Assembly (NCBI GenBank): GCA_001897535.1
Contig: MKTC01000028.1
Span: forward strand, 10,409-74,408
Source: Bacteroidetes bacterium 37-13
GTDB taxonomy: Bacteria > Bacteroidota > Bacteroidia > Chitinophagales > LD1
DNA length: 64,000 nucleotides
Reading direction: 5' to 3'
The position numbers were made by a program, and so were the translations under genes. The stretch's first letter is position 1; each line of letters begins with the position of its first letter. Below are positions 39,677-50,004 of this stretch, piece after piece. The notes below the pieces were generated by a model. It worked only from the letters and a program-made list of their open reading frames with translations. It was not told the DNA's origin and searched no databases.

Positions 39677-42331
39677 CTATTTACTAACAGAAACTTTCAC
39701 AGTTGCTGTTTTTTCTGCTGCTTGGAATTGAATAAAATAAATACCTGAAGCCAAAGTTTGTGTGCTTACGGCAATTTTTTCGTTGCTAATATTCTTTACA
39801 AATTGTTGTGCAACTTTTTTTCCATTCATGGTGAAAGATGAAATGCTTAAATCCGCAGCTTGTGCAAGGTTAATTTCAAACAATAAATCGCTGCCGTTTG
39901 TTCCTGCATTTTTCACCCAAACTATTTCGTCAATTTTATCGATAGCTGTAGGCTGAGAAACGGTGTAAGTTCTTTCTGCTGTGCAACCTTTATCGTCAGT
40001 TACGGTAACGGTGTAGCTTCCTGCTGTTAGGCTGCTTCTATCTTTTGTAATTACATTATTGCCCCAATCAAAATCATAGTTTGGTGTGCCTCCGCTCACA
40101 GTTAAAGTAATAGCGCCATCGCTGCCGTTTACAGTGGTAACATTTGTAACTTGCGCATTCAAACTTAACGAATCGGGCTCTGTTACAGTGTATGTTGCCG
40201 CAGCGCTACAATTGTTTGCATCACTTACAGTTACGGTATAAGTTCCGGCTGCTAAATTTGCGGGGTTGAAATTGTTTTGCCATGCAATAGTAAGCGCACC
40301 TGTGCCGCCAGAAGCAGTTAATACTACTGACCCATCTCCACCATAGCAATTGGCATTGCTTATTGTACCAGAAAGTGAAATTGAATCGGGTTGCGAAACG
40401 GTGAAAGAATTTGTTCCTGTGCAACCGTTGCCATCATCAACAGTTACGGTATAATTTCCTACTTGTAAATTTGAAGGATTTGCACCGCTTAAATTTCCGC
40501 TCCAAGTGTAATTAAAACTGCCAGAACCTCCGGTTGCAGAAACATTTATGCTGCCATTAGTTCCGCCATAACAGCTAACAGAATCGGCAGTTCCGCTCAC
40601 ATTTAAACTTGCAGTTTGTGTAATGGTATCTTTTCTTTCTGCTGTGCAACCTTTAGAGTCTGTAACGGTTACACTATAATTTCCGGCAGTTAAATTGGTT
40701 CTGCTGCTTGAAACATCATTATCATTCCAAACAAAACCGTTTCCGCCATTTCCACCAGTTGCACTTAATGTGATAAATCCATTGTTGTTGCTTCCGCAAG
40801 TAACATTTCCTTTAGTTGAATTTAGAACTAATAAAGCAGGTTGTTTAACAGTATCTGTTTTTACTACTGTACAATTATTGGCATCAGAAACAGTAACAGA
40901 ATAAACCCCGGCAGCAAGATTGGTTCCGTTGCCTACATTCCAATTATATTGGTAAGAAGGTGTTCCTCCAGAGCCTCCAACTGCTAAACCGCCATCGTTT
41001 CCACCAAAACAAGAAACATTTAGTTTAGCAACATTTGCAGCAAGTTGTGTAGGCTGAGTTATGCTTATGTTTGTAACTACTGCAGAACATCCGGCTTGGT
41101 CGGTAACTGTAACTGAATAAACGCCATTTGATAAATTAGTTCTTGAAGCTCCAAGTTTGCCATCGTTCCAAGTGTAGGTTTTTGTGCCTGTGCCACCTGT
41201 TGTGGTTATGGTTGCACTACCGCTTGTATCTCCAAAGCAAAGCGCTGGAGCAGAATTGCCAAGCGATGCAATTATAGGAAGAGGATCTAAAGTACCCGGA
41301 GTGAAAGAAATACCACGAAAAACAGTATTGGTTTGCTTTCCTAAAACCGGTGTAAGTGTAGCGTTCAAAGCTTGGTTATATCCAGCCGCATCTTGAAACA
41401 TATAAACAGAATCTTGTGTTGCAGTAAAACCTTTAATAGTACCGCAAACATTTAGTAAAGTTAAACCCCTAAAGGTTGTATTTGCAGTTTTTCCATTATT
41501 AAGCCATTTTCCATTTACCTTGCTGAATTTATAAATTCCACCTTGGTCGTCTGCTACATAAGCTAAATCGCTTCCTGCTTCGGCAGAATTAACATCAAAT
41601 AATGCAAAGCCATAAGGAGAACCACTGGTTACAGAATCCAATAAAGTAGTAGTTTGTCCACTTATGATTGGTTTTCCGGCTCCTACTTCGCTCACACCAT
41701 AAAATGTGCTGGAGGCTGAAGAAATATACAGCTGATCATTAAAAATATTGACAACTCTTGTATTGGTTGGCGCGCTGCTAATTTTTACAGGACTTGAAGT
41801 AAGGCTATTTAATGGCACATAATAAGTTCCGCCTGTACTGCTTGAGCCAGCTCCGGCAAACCATACTCCGGTGCCATCGGTAACAGCCCCTCTAATACTG
41901 CTTGCTTTATAGGCACTTCCTGCCACAATTCCTGTTTGGGTATTTATTGTTCCGGTTGCAGAAACTACTGCTGCAATTCTATTGGTATTTGTTCCCGAAA
42001 CACTTGCTACTCCTGTAGTTGTATCGTATCCGGCTAAGGTTAAAAACATTCTATCTTGAGAAAGCGTAAGCGCGCCTTCTGAAGTTGCAGTGCCGCCCAA
42101 AGTAAGCGCACGGTTATTCCCATTTGCTACTGTGGGCAAAGCTTTAGTTTGTACTAATTGCCCGTTTATGGTAGAATATTCATCTAAAAAAACGGGGTGA
42201 GATCCAGAACCTAATGCAGTTGAACCATCGCCAACTCTAAGCACCACAAGATTTCCGGGTGTAAAAGATTGACTAAAAACATTGGTAGCAACAAAGCAAA
42301 GAACCAAACAAAGTGAAGCGAGTTTTTTCAT
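39677..42331 (-). CDS. T9SS-secreted adhesin-like protein with six SprB-type repeats
   Basis: Signal peptide, N-terminal FTPGNLVVLRVGDG domain, six G.Y.VTV.D...C repeats, C-terminal LASGIYF...KVSVSK. Confidence 0.85.
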   Translation of the reverse strand: MKKLASLCLVLCFVATNVFSQSFTPGNLVVLRVGDGSTALGSGSHPVFLDEYSTINGQLVQTKALPTVANGNNRALTLGGTATSEGALTLSQDRMFLTLAGYDTTTGVASVSGTNTNRIAAVVSATGTINTQTGIVAGSAYKASSIRGAVTDGTGVWFAGAGSSSTGGTYYVPLNSLTSSPVKISSAPTNTRVVNIFNDQLYISSASSTFYGVSEVGAGKPIISGQTTTLLDSVTSGSPYGFALFDVNSAEAGSDLAYVADDQGGIYKFSKVNGKWLNNGKTANTTFRGLTLLNVCGTIKGFTATQDSVYMFQDAAGYNQALNATLTPVLGKQTNTVFRGISFTPGTLDPLPIIASLGNSAPALCFGDTSGSATITTTGGTGTKTYTWNDGKLGASRTNLSNGVYSVTVTDQAGCSAVVTNISITQPTQLAANVAKLNVSCFGGNDGGLAVGGSGGTPSYQYNWNVGNGTNLAAGVYSVTVSDANNCTVVKTDTVKQPALLVLNSTKGNVTCGSNNNGFITLSATGGNGGNGFVWNDNDVSSSRTNLTAGNYSVTVTDSKGCTAERKDTITQTASLNVSGTADSVSCYGGTNGSINVSATGGSGSFNYTWSGNLSGANPSNLQVGNYTVTVDDGNGCTGTNSFTVSQPDSISLSGTISNANCYGGDGSVVLTASGGTGALTIAWQNNFNPANLAAGTYTVTVSDANNCSAAATYTVTEPDSLSLNAQVTNVTTVNGSDGAITLTVSGGTPNYDFDWGNNVITKDRSSLTAGSYTVTVTDDKGCTAERTYTVSQPTAIDKIDEIVWVKNAGTNGSDLLFEINLAQAADLSISSFTMNGKKVAQQFVKNISNEKIAVSTQTLASGIYFIQFQAAEKTATVKVSVSK

Positions 42332-42438
42332 TTTACTAGTTTTTTATTTACAGAACAATAATAAGTTAATTACTCTTTTCTATTTGATATTTTATCAGGC
42401 TATTAAAGAAAATGAGAGAAAAAAACAGTCTGTTTTTA

Positions 42439-44853
42439 CTACCACTTCGGGAAACTTTCAGGATCTGATTCGTGCATAATATCATAGATAGTTTCAAACA
42501 CATCTTCAGCATTAGGCTTGCTAAAATAGTCGCCATCGCTGCCAAACGAAGCGCGATGTGCCTTAGCTGTAATTGTGCGTGGTTCGCTATCTAACCAACG
42601 AAATGCACCTTGCAATTCCATTACTTGTTGATACATATATGCAGCAGCACCTCCGGGCACATCTTCATCTAAAAATACAATGCGATTTGTTTTTTGTATG
42701 CTGTTTACAATGCTATGGTTAATATCAAAAGGCAATAAAGTCTGTACATCAATTAACTCTACAGAAATTCCCTTTTCTTCTAAAAGAATTATAGCTTCTT
42801 GTGCTATGCGCACGCAACTGCCATAAGTTACCAAAGTAACATCATCTCCGGCTTGCAGCACCTCCGGTACGCCAAGCGGCACATTAAACGATTGAATATT
42901 TTCCGGTAAAGTTTCTTTAAGGCGATAGCCGTTTAAACATTCCACAACTAAACCCGGTTCATCGCTTTGCAGCAGTGTATTATACATTCCGGCAGCTTGC
43001 ACCATGTTGCGCGGAACACAAACATACATGCCGCGAAGTGCATTTATTATCATTCCCATTGGTGAGCCGGTGTGCCAAATTCCTTCTAAGCGGTGGCCGC
43101 GTGTGCGAATAATTACCGGTGCTTTTTGTATGCCATTGGTGCGATAACTTAAACAAGCCACATCATCGCTTAGCGGCTCTAAACCATAAAGTAAATAGTC
43201 GAGATATTGAATTTCGGCAATAGGGCGAATGCCGCGCATGGAAAGCCCGATTGCTTGCCCCATAATGGTAAGTTCACGAATACCGGTATCAAAAATTCTT
43301 TGCTCGCCAAATTTTTGCTGCAAGCCTGAGAAACCTTGATTTACATCGCCAATCATTCCCACATCTTCGCCAAAAGCCACTACGTTTTTGTGCTGTTCAA
43401 AAATTTTATCAAAGAAAGTGTTTAGTATTTCGTAGCCATTTAGTATTGCTGAATTTTCAGTATAAATCGGTTTTACTTCTTGTACTTTCAGCGCGTTGTA
43501 TGGCGTTTCGCTATGATGATTTTTACTGTATGTTTCTTGTAATTTTGCTTGATAGTTTTTAGTGTAGTTAGCAAGGTTTGCGAAGGCAGCACCATTTTCA
43601 CCAACTGCATTTATTAGAAATGTCTTTGTTGCTTTTAGAATGTCTTTACGAACAGGGTCTAAAGTATTTTTTAGTGCTTGAATAGTTTGCGTTGCCAAAT
43701 CGTTTCTACCTGTTTCGCTGCCTGCTTCGGCTATAAGTTGGGCAATTTCTTCTATCTCAATTTTTATGGGTGAAGTGAAATTATTCCACGCTTCTTTTTG
43801 TGCAGCTTTCACTTCTGTTTTTGCTTCTGCTTCTATCGTTTCTAATTCACTTTCTAAAGCGATAGCATTTTCCAACATCCACTTTTTCATTTGCAAAATG
43901 CAATCAAATTCTTTTTCCCAATCGAGCCTTTCTTTGCTCTTGTATCTTTCGTGCGAACCGGAAGTGGAATGCCCTTGCGGTTGGGTAACTTCTGTGATGT
44001 GAAACAATGCCGGACGATGTGTTTTACGCATGGCTGCTGTGCCATTCAAATAGGTTTGAACCAACTTAGGATAGTTCCAGCCTTCGCACACATAAATTTC
44101 TATTCCGTTGCCTTCTTTATCAGCAGCAAAACCGCTGAGTGCCTCAGAAATACTGCCTTTGGTAGTTTGATATTTTTTAGGAACAGAAATGCCGTAACCA
44201 TCGTCCCACACGTTTATGGCTAAAGGAACCTGCTGCACACTCGCAGCATTCACGGTTTCCCAAAAATGACCTTCGCTGGTGCTGGCATCTCCAATGGAAA
44301 CAAAGCTAATTTCGTTGCCGTGCTGCGAAAATTTTTCAAAGCCATTTTGTAATTCTGCATTGTTGCGATACATTTTTGAAGCTAAAGCAATACCCAACGA
44401 GCGCGGCATTTGCCCTGCTGTTGGCGAAGCATCGGCAGTGGTGTTGTATTTTTCAGTATGGCAAAGCCATTCACCATTTTTATCTATAAAAGGCGTAGCA
44501 AAATGCGCATTCATTTGCCTGCCTGAACTGCATGGCTCTTGTTCTGTATCAGGGTTTGCATAAAGTTGGGCAAAAAATTGTGTAGGTGTGATGATGCCAA
44601 GTGCAAGCATCCAGGTTTGGTCGCGGTAGTAGCCGCTGCGCCAGTCGCCTTTTTTAAAACTTTTAGCCAATGCAATTTGTGCCAATTCTTTTCCATCGCC
44701 AAAAATTCCGAATTTGGCTTTGCCAGTAAGCACTTCTTTGCGCCCTGTTAAGCTCATTTCGCGGCTAAGGCAAACAAGTTTATAGTCGCTTAATACTTCT
44801 TTCTTAAAGTCTTCAAACGAAAGTTTATCGGTTTCATTTTTTACGTTTGTCAT
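42439..44853 (-). CDS. Fused 2-oxoacid (branched-chain) dehydrogenase E1 alpha/beta
   Basis: YYRDQT, TPP motif GDASTSEG...WDDGY, GHSTSG, FGEDVG, DTGIRE; start at ATG 44853. Confidence 0.93.
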   Translation of the reverse strand: MTNVKNETDKLSFEDFKKEVLSDYKLVCLSREMSLTGRKEVLTGKAKFGIFGDGKELAQIALAKSFKKGDWRSGYYRDQTWMLALGIITPTQFFAQLYANPDTEQEPCSSGRQMNAHFATPFIDKNGEWLCHTEKYNTTADASPTAGQMPRSLGIALASKMYRNNAELQNGFEKFSQHGNEISFVSIGDASTSEGHFWETVNAASVQQVPLAINVWDDGYGISVPKKYQTTKGSISEALSGFAADKEGNGIEIYVCEGWNYPKLVQTYLNGTAAMRKTHRPALFHITEVTQPQGHSTSGSHERYKSKERLDWEKEFDCILQMKKWMLENAIALESELETIEAEAKTEVKAAQKEAWNNFTSPIKIEIEEIAQLIAEAGSETGRNDLATQTIQALKNTLDPVRKDILKATKTFLINAVGENGAAFANLANYTKNYQAKLQETYSKNHHSETPYNALKVQEVKPIYTENSAILNGYEILNTFFDKIFEQHKNVVAFGEDVGMIGDVNQGFSGLQQKFGEQRIFDTGIRELTIMGQAIGLSMRGIRPIAEIQYLDYLLYGLEPLSDDVACLSYRTNGIQKAPVIIRTRGHRLEGIWHTGSPMGMIINALRGMYVCVPRNMVQAAGMYNTLLQSDEPGLVVECLNGYRLKETLPENIQSFNVPLGVPEVLQAGDDVTLVTYGSCVRIAQEAIILLEEKGISVELIDVQTLLPFDINHSIVNSIQKTNRIVFLDEDVPGGAAAYMYQQVMELQGAFRWLDSEPRTITAKAHRASFGSDGDYFSKPNAEDVFETIYDIMHESDPESFPKW

Positions 44854-44898
44854 TGGGCGAAGATAAGCCAAAGACGGTGTATGGCAAAAGTGTATGTT

Positions 44899-45627
44899 TT
44901 AAGTGTGTAAACCTCCGTTTACATTTATTACTTCGCCTGTGATGTAGCTCGAAGCTTTAGAGGCTAAAAACGCTACCACTTCGGCAACTTCATCGGCTTC
45001 GCCAAAGCGTTTCATAGGAATTACTTGTTGAAACTGTCCTTCGTTAATATCGTCTGTCATATCTGTTTTAATGAAACCGGGTGCGACACAATTTACGGTT
45101 ACGCCTCTGCGTGCAACTTCTTGTGCCAACGCTTTTGTGGCACCAATTACAGCCGCTTTTGAAGCTGAATAATTTACTTGCCCTGCCATGCCTTTCACAC
45201 CCGAAAGCGAAACCACATTCACTATTCTTCCAAACTTTTTAAACATCATGGAAGGCAAAGCCAGTTTGGTGATATAAAAAAACGAGTCGAGATTGGTGTG
45301 CAGCACATCTTCCCAGTCGCTATCGGGCATCATGAGCATTAAATTATCTTTTCTAATTCCTGCATTATTCACCAAAATTTCTATTGGTTTATCTTTGTTA
45401 TTTTCAATCCAAGTGCCTAAAACTGTTTGTATTGCGGCTTTATCTGCCACATCAAATTTTAGCAATTCGGCAGTGCCGCCTGCTTCTTTCACCAATTCGG
45501 CTGTTTTTTCAGCTTCTGCATCGTTGCTTCGGTAGTTAATAATAATGTGGTTTCCGGATGCTGCCAATTTAATGCAAACTGCTCTCCCAATACCGCGCGA
45601 GCCTCCGGTTACTAATGCGTTTTTCAT
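44899..45627 (-). CDS. fabG: 3-oxoacyl-ACP reductase
   Basis: TGGSRGIG, NNAGI, YSASK, PGFIKTDMT. Confidence 0.9.
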   Translation of the reverse strand: MKNALVTGGSRGIGRAVCIKLAASGNHIIINYRSNDAEAEKTAELVKEAGGTAELLKFDVADKAAIQTVLGTWIENNKDKPIEILVNNAGIRKDNLMLMMPDSDWEDVLHTNLDSFFYITKLALPSMMFKKFGRIVNVVSLSGVKGMAGQVNYSASKAAVIGATKALAQEVARRGVTVNCVAPGFIKTDMTDDINEGQFQQVIPMKRFGEADEVAEVVAFLASKASSYITGEVINVNGGLHT

Positions 45628-45790
45628 GCCGCTAAGAATATAAAAAAAGTAGAGAAATAGAAATGCCGTTTACATAGAGTTAATAGCCTGCCATTGCTAC
45701 AAATAGCAACCCGATAAAAATATAACAAAGGGATTTCATGGTTTTATTTTTTGGTTAAGCAAAATAACTTGCAGAGTCAACTCTTCTTCC

Positions 45791-45826
45791 CAGCAGAGTG
45801 TCCTGAAAGGCACTCTGCGTACCATA
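45791..45826. repeat. REP-like palindrome B, left copy
   Basis: CAGCAGAGTGTCCTGAAAGGCACTCTGCGTACCATA; stem GCAGAGTG/CACTCTGC. Confidence 0.8.
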
Positions 45827-45838
45827 AACCTAACCCAT

Positions 45839-46405
45839 TCATTCCCCAATACATTTATACGATGTAACTTCATAAACACCTTGCTGCCCTTCGGTGTAAA
45901 AGCAAGCAGAACTATGAGGATATTCAACTGTGCTTTCGGCAAGCTGCCATTTGCCCTTCACGGGATTGTTGTGTATATAATTCAGCTTCTGCTCTATGAA
46001 GTTATCGCCATAGCAATATTTACAGTCAAATGACGGTTCAAATACTTCATGCAGTTTCCCCCTGCTTCTGTCGGTTTTGTTCACGCCTTGCGCCAACAGT
46101 TTCAAAATATCTGTTTTGTGTTGCCTGTGAAGTTCTTTTACCAAGCTGTATGCCAAAAAGCGTTTCATGTTTCCAACTATTGTATTTACTTTCTTATCTG
46201 TATCTGCAAAATGAATAAGCGCGTGAACATGATTAGGCATAATCACATAACCTGCAATGCTGTGTCCACATGATTTCAAATAGTTGAATTGTTCGTAAAC
46301 CAAATGATAGCCATTGGCAATTTCAAACAACGGCAGCCAATTGTAGCAAGTAAATGTAATGAAATACATCCCATCACATTCATGTATTTGGTGGCGGACA
46401 CTCAT
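45839..46405 (-). CDS. REP-associated tyrosine transposase (RAYT, HUH Y1)
   Basis: YFITFT, YVIMPNHVHALI (HUH), KLNYIHNNPVK (catalytic Tyr), YPHSSA; flanked by inverted palindromes. Confidence 0.92.
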   Translation of the reverse strand: MSVRHQIHECDGMYFITFTCYNWLPLFEIANGYHLVYEQFNYLKSCGHSIAGYVIMPNHVHALIHFADTDKKVNTIVGNMKRFLAYSLVKELHRQHKTDILKLLAQGVNKTDRSRGKLHEVFEPSFDCKYCYGDNFIEQKLNYIHNNPVKGKWQLAESTVEYPHSSACFYTEGQQGVYEVTSYKCIGE

Positions 46406-46442
46406 TTGATGCTAAGGTAAATAAATGAGGAGAAGTGTATGC

Positions 46443-46477
46443 TATGGCACGCAGAGTGCCTTTCAGGATCTCTGCTG
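46443..46477. repeat. REP-like palindrome B, right (inverted) copy
   Basis: TATGGCACGCAGAGTGCCTTTCAGGATCTCTGCTG; its reverse complement matches 45791-45826 except for ~3 positions. Confidence 0.8.
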
Positions 46478-46484
46478 CGAAGGA

Positions 46485-46645
46485 TTTAATATCCATGTAA
46501 ATCTTGCAAAAACTTTTCAAGACTTGGCAACCAGAATTGCATCCAAAATTACGGCTTTCACTATGATTCAGTATCTCAATTTCTTTGTATTCAATAGAGC
46601 AATGAACAAACTCAAAATCAATTTAGCCTAAATGCACAACAGGTT
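46485..46645 (+). mobile_element. IS982-family transposase 3' remnant plus terminal repeat (copy 2)
   Basis: FNIHVNLAKTFQDLATRIASKITAFTMIQYLNFFVFNRAMNKLKINLA* resembles the Bacteroidota IS982 C-terminus (N.AKSF.G..TRI.SKITA.T.IQ); ends ATGCACAACAGGTT. Left boundary is approximate. Confidence 0.78.
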
Positions 46646-46648
46646 TGT

Positions 46649-47167
46649 TTAATTTATCCTTCTCTTTTTTACCGAGAACAAATACAACCCGATAAACATA
46701 AAAGCAAGGCTTAAAATACTGCTGAGGATAATTCGCGTAAGCAATAATATAATATTGTAAAAAGTGCCCGATTCAATTAGTAAATAAAAAGAATGATGAA
46801 TTAAAACGGCTATAGAAAGATAAATGAGAAACCATGTGAAGCCCTGGGAGAAAATATTAGGCGACTGCTCAAACTCGGCACCCTTAGGTGTAATAAGGTT
46901 AATAATAAACGGGCGAATGTAGGCAACCAATAAGCCGGCAGCGGCATTAAAACCTAAAGTGCCAAGAAAAATATCGGCAATTACTCCACTAAAAAAACCA
47001 ATGAGCATAAGCATCCAGCGCGGAATAGAAAATGGTAACAGCAATATAAAAAGCGGCAAAATATTGGGCACTAAAAATGGGCTTAAATTAAGGTTGCTGA
47101 TAACCATTACCTGCAAGGCAGTAAGCAACAAAAAACGAACCACATTTTGCTGTATAATTGAAAACAC
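46649..47167 (-). CDS. mreD: Rod shape-determining protein MreD
   Basis: Hydrophobic; LFILLLP, GF..G..AD.F..T.G..AAA, AYIRP; directly downstream of mreC. Confidence 0.88.
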   Translation of the reverse strand: MFSIIQQNVVRFLLLTALQVMVISNLNLSPFLVPNILPLFILLLPFSIPRWMLMLIGFFSGVIADIFLGTLGFNAAAGLLVAYIRPFIINLITPKGAEFEQSPNIFSQGFTWFLIYLSIAVLIHHSFYLLIESGTFYNIILLLTRIILSSILSLAFMFIGLYLFSVKKRRIN

Positions 47168-47169
47168 CT

Positions 47170-48015
47170 TTACTTATTTGCCTTTATGGTTACAGAATCA
47201 AGTTTCGAAATTTCGCTGCGTTGTAAATCTTTCACCACATAAACAAAATCTAAATTTCTAAAATTGGTTGAGAGCTTCACATCTACATGCATAAATGGCT
47301 TATCTACTTCAGATTTCACATTTTCTACAATGCCAATCATCACATTTTCAGGAAATAAAGAAGAGTAGCCGCTACTCACAATAGTATCACCTTTCACCAC
47401 AGGTACATGCTTTGGAATTTCATCCATTTTTGCACTCGAAGCATTGACGCCACTCCAATGTAAGTTGCCGAAATAGTTATTCTTTTTAATTTTTGCACTC
47501 ACTTTAAAATCTTTATTCAGCACGCTCATTACCGCACTGTAATTATCAGAAACATCAACTACCTGCCCCACAATTCCATTGCGGCAAATTACGCCCATTT
47601 GATGGTGAATACCTTGCAATGAGCCTTTATCAATATACAAAATGTTGTTAGCATTATCAGTTGAATTTCGGATTACTTTAGCCGGAAAATATACAAACCG
47701 CTGTATAAGTTTTGGAGCAATACTATCAGTTTGGCTAAATGTATCTACATCACCACTGTATTTTGATTGTAATAACATGGCGCGTAAGGCTGCATTTTCT
47801 GCCACTAAACTATCGTTAGATTTTCGCAGGTAAAAATAACTTGTAATATCGTTGTAAGTGTTGAACACCGCGCCATTCAAAGCATTTGAAGTGTTTAAAA
47901 AAGTGGCACTGTGGAACTTACTTTTCTTAAAAATTAAATAGAATGAAAACGCCTCTAACAACAGGAAAAGCATTAGCAAATGATAACGAATAAGAAACCT
48001 AACGAGGTTGTACAT
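47170..48015 (-). CDS. mreC: Rod shape-determining protein MreC
   Basis: MYNLVRFL, L..EN..LR coiled coil, IDKGS..GI...MGVI...GIVG, GDTIVSSGYS..FP. Confidence 0.93.
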   Translation of the reverse strand: MYNLVRFLIRYHLLMLFLLLEAFSFYLIFKKSKFHSATFLNTSNALNGAVFNTYNDITSYFYLRKSNDSLVAENAALRAMLLQSKYSGDVDTFSQTDSIAPKLIQRFVYFPAKVIRNSTDNANNILYIDKGSLQGIHHQMGVICRNGIVGQVVDVSDNYSAVMSVLNKDFKVSAKIKKNNYFGNLHWSGVNASSAKMDEIPKHVPVVKGDTIVSSGYSSLFPENVMIGIVENVKSEVDKPFMHVDVKLSTNFRNLDFVYVVKDLQRSEISKLDSVTIKANK

Positions 48016-48201
48016 GCCGGTTGTGAAAAAATTCTATTCAAACGCCAAAAGTAAACTTTCCAATATAGCGAAATTGTGTGCTTTTACACATCTGTATAAT
48101 TATTTGTGGAAAGGCTTGTCTATTTTCCCTTCAATAGGAACCCCAAATTAGCTTCAGATTAAAAAATTGCTATTTTCATTGCCACAAAAACATTACTACT
48201 C

Positions 48202-49173
48202 ATGGGAATTCCTTTTATTATTCTGGCAGTTTTTATCGTTGTTTTCTTCCTTATTTTCATGTGGTTCTTCCCCGTGGGTTTATGGATAACCGCAAAACTT
48301 TCTGATGTACATATTCCGCTTTTAGACTTAGTGGTAATGCGCTTTAGAAGAGTGAACCCAAACACGATTGTGGATTCGATGGTGGTGGCAACCAAAGCAG
48401 GCATTCCGTTGGAGCATAAACTTTTGGAAGCGCACTATATGGCCGGTGGCAATATAATGAAAGTGGTTCGTGCCTTGGTGAGTGCCGATAAAGCCAATAT
48501 TGATTTAGATTTTAAGGCAGCAACTGCCATAGATTTGGCTGGTCGCGATGTATTTGAAGCGGTGCAACTTTCTGTAAACCCAAAAGTGATTGAATCGCCT
48601 CCTGTAACTGCGGTTGCAAAAGACGGTATTCAGTTAATCACCAAAGCACGTGTTACTGTTCGTGCCAATATTCGGCAGTTGGTGGGTGGTGCCGGTGAAG
48701 AAACTGTTTTGGCAAGAATTGGTGAAGGAATTGTTACTTCTATCGGCTCTTCGGAGTCGCATAAATTGGTAATGGAAAATCCTGATTCAATTTCAAAAGT
48801 GGTATTAAACAAAGGCTTAGATTCCGGCACGGCTTTTGAAATACTTTCTATTGATATTGCCGATATTGATATTGGAAAAAATATTGGTGCGGTATTGCAA
48901 ATAGACCAAGCGAATGCCGATAAAAATATTGCACAGGCAAAAGCTGAAGAACGCAGAGCAATGGCAATTGCATTGGAGCAAGAGAACAAAGCCAAAGCTC
49001 AAGAAGCTCGCGTAAAAGTGATAGAAGCCGAAGCACAAATTCCTATGGCAATGGCAGAAGCATTTAGAAACGGGCAGTTTGGCGTGATGGATTATTACAG
49101 AATGCAAAATATACAAGCGGATACTTCTATGCGCGAAAGCATTGGTAAAAATCCTGGAGAGAAGAAATCATAA
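48202..49173 (+). CDS. floA: Flotillin-like protein FloA (YqfA)
   Basis: [50 protein letters not shown]. Confidence 0.93.
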   Translation: MGIPFIILAVFIVVFFLIFMWFFPVGLWITAKLSDVHIPLLDLVVMRFRRVNPNTIVDSMVVATKAGIPLEHKLLEAHYMAGGNIMKVVRALVSADKANIDLDFKAATAIDLAGRDVFEAVQLSVNPKVIESPPVTAVAKDGIQLITKARVTVRANIRQLVGGAGEETVLARIGEGIVTSIGSSESHKLVMENPDSISKVVLNKGLDSGTAFEILSIDIADIDIGKNIGAVLQIDQANADKNIAQAKAEERRAMAIALEQENKAKAQEARVKVIEAEAQIPMAMAEAFRNGQFGVMDYYRMQNIQADTSMRESIGKNPGEKKS

Positions 49174-50004
49174 GGTAGAATTCATAGTGCCTTTTTGCCA
49201 AAAAGATTGTGGTACTAAGGTTAAGGCAAACAGAAATATTTCGGGTGGGAATATTTGCATCACACAATAATTCACAGCTACAAAACTTAGCAACATAGCT
49301 AATAAATACGTATCTATTTTTGAGGTAAAAAATCCTATTACAAACAAAATTTGAAGCAATGCCGCAAAGTAAATCAGCAAGTTGCTAAAGGTGCTGTGTG
49401 TAATTAACCAACGTATAAATTTTGCATGAATTGCATTGGGTTGTTCATATAAAAATTGCGCATGTTGTGCATGTAAAATATTCAACATTTGGTTAGGCTC
49501 AAAAATGCTGCCTCGAAACAATTTCCAAAGAGCCGCAGAAACAAAAATAAACAGTGTGTAGTAGCGAATTGCTCTCCAAATATTTTCAAACCTTTTTCCG
49601 GTAAAGCAAAAGGCAAAAGCCAATACCGGCATAGCAAGAAACAGGTGAAAATGGTGTGCAGCAATAGTGTTTATGAAAATTGCATACAAAAAGCAAACAG
49701 TTAAAAACAATATATTCAACCATCGTTTGTAAGGTAGAAACAGAATTAAAATCGGCAATAAAAAAAACAGAATGTCAAATGAAATTGCAGCGGCTAAATT
49801 GTTGGCAAAAAAGTAAAAAACACCTGTTGCCAAAACCAACCAATAACCATTATCAATAGAAGGAAACATAAGCGCAGGAGAAGCATTTAAGCAAAACTGC
49901 GTAAGTAAAATATAGTTGTAAACATAATAGCATAGCAGCATTAAAACACCAACAAAAAAGTATCGCTTCTTCTTTTCAAAAACAGTATTATTTATTGCTT
50001 CCAT
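49168..50004 (-). CDS. Polytopic membrane protein, HTTM/DoxX-like
   Basis: ~7 TM segments; HHFH; RYY.LFIF.SAALWKL.RG; LQ..F..GFF. Pattern similarity only. Confidence 0.5.
   Translation of the reverse strand: MEAINNTVFEKKKRYFFVGVLMLLCYYVYNYILLTQFCLNASPALMFPSIDNGYWLVLATGVFYFFANNLAAAISFDILFFLLPILILFLPYKRWLNILFLTVCFLYAIFINTIAAHHFHLFLAMPVLAFAFCFTGKRFENIWRAIRYYTLFIFVSAALWKLFRGSIFEPNQMLNILHAQHAQFLYEQPNAIHAKFIRWLITHSTFSNLLIYFAALLQILFVIGFFTSKIDTYLLAMLLSFVAVNYCVMQIFPPEIFLFALTLVPQSFWQKGTMNSTL

Noticed and set aside
39950-41250. Recurrent ~220-bp units as a mobile or ncRNA repeat
   Set aside because: These are the six in-frame SprB-type protein repeats.
46425-46631. 68-aa ORF as a real gene
   Set aside because: It is a chimera: the first part reads through the REP-B palindrome and the rest is the IS982 transposase tail.
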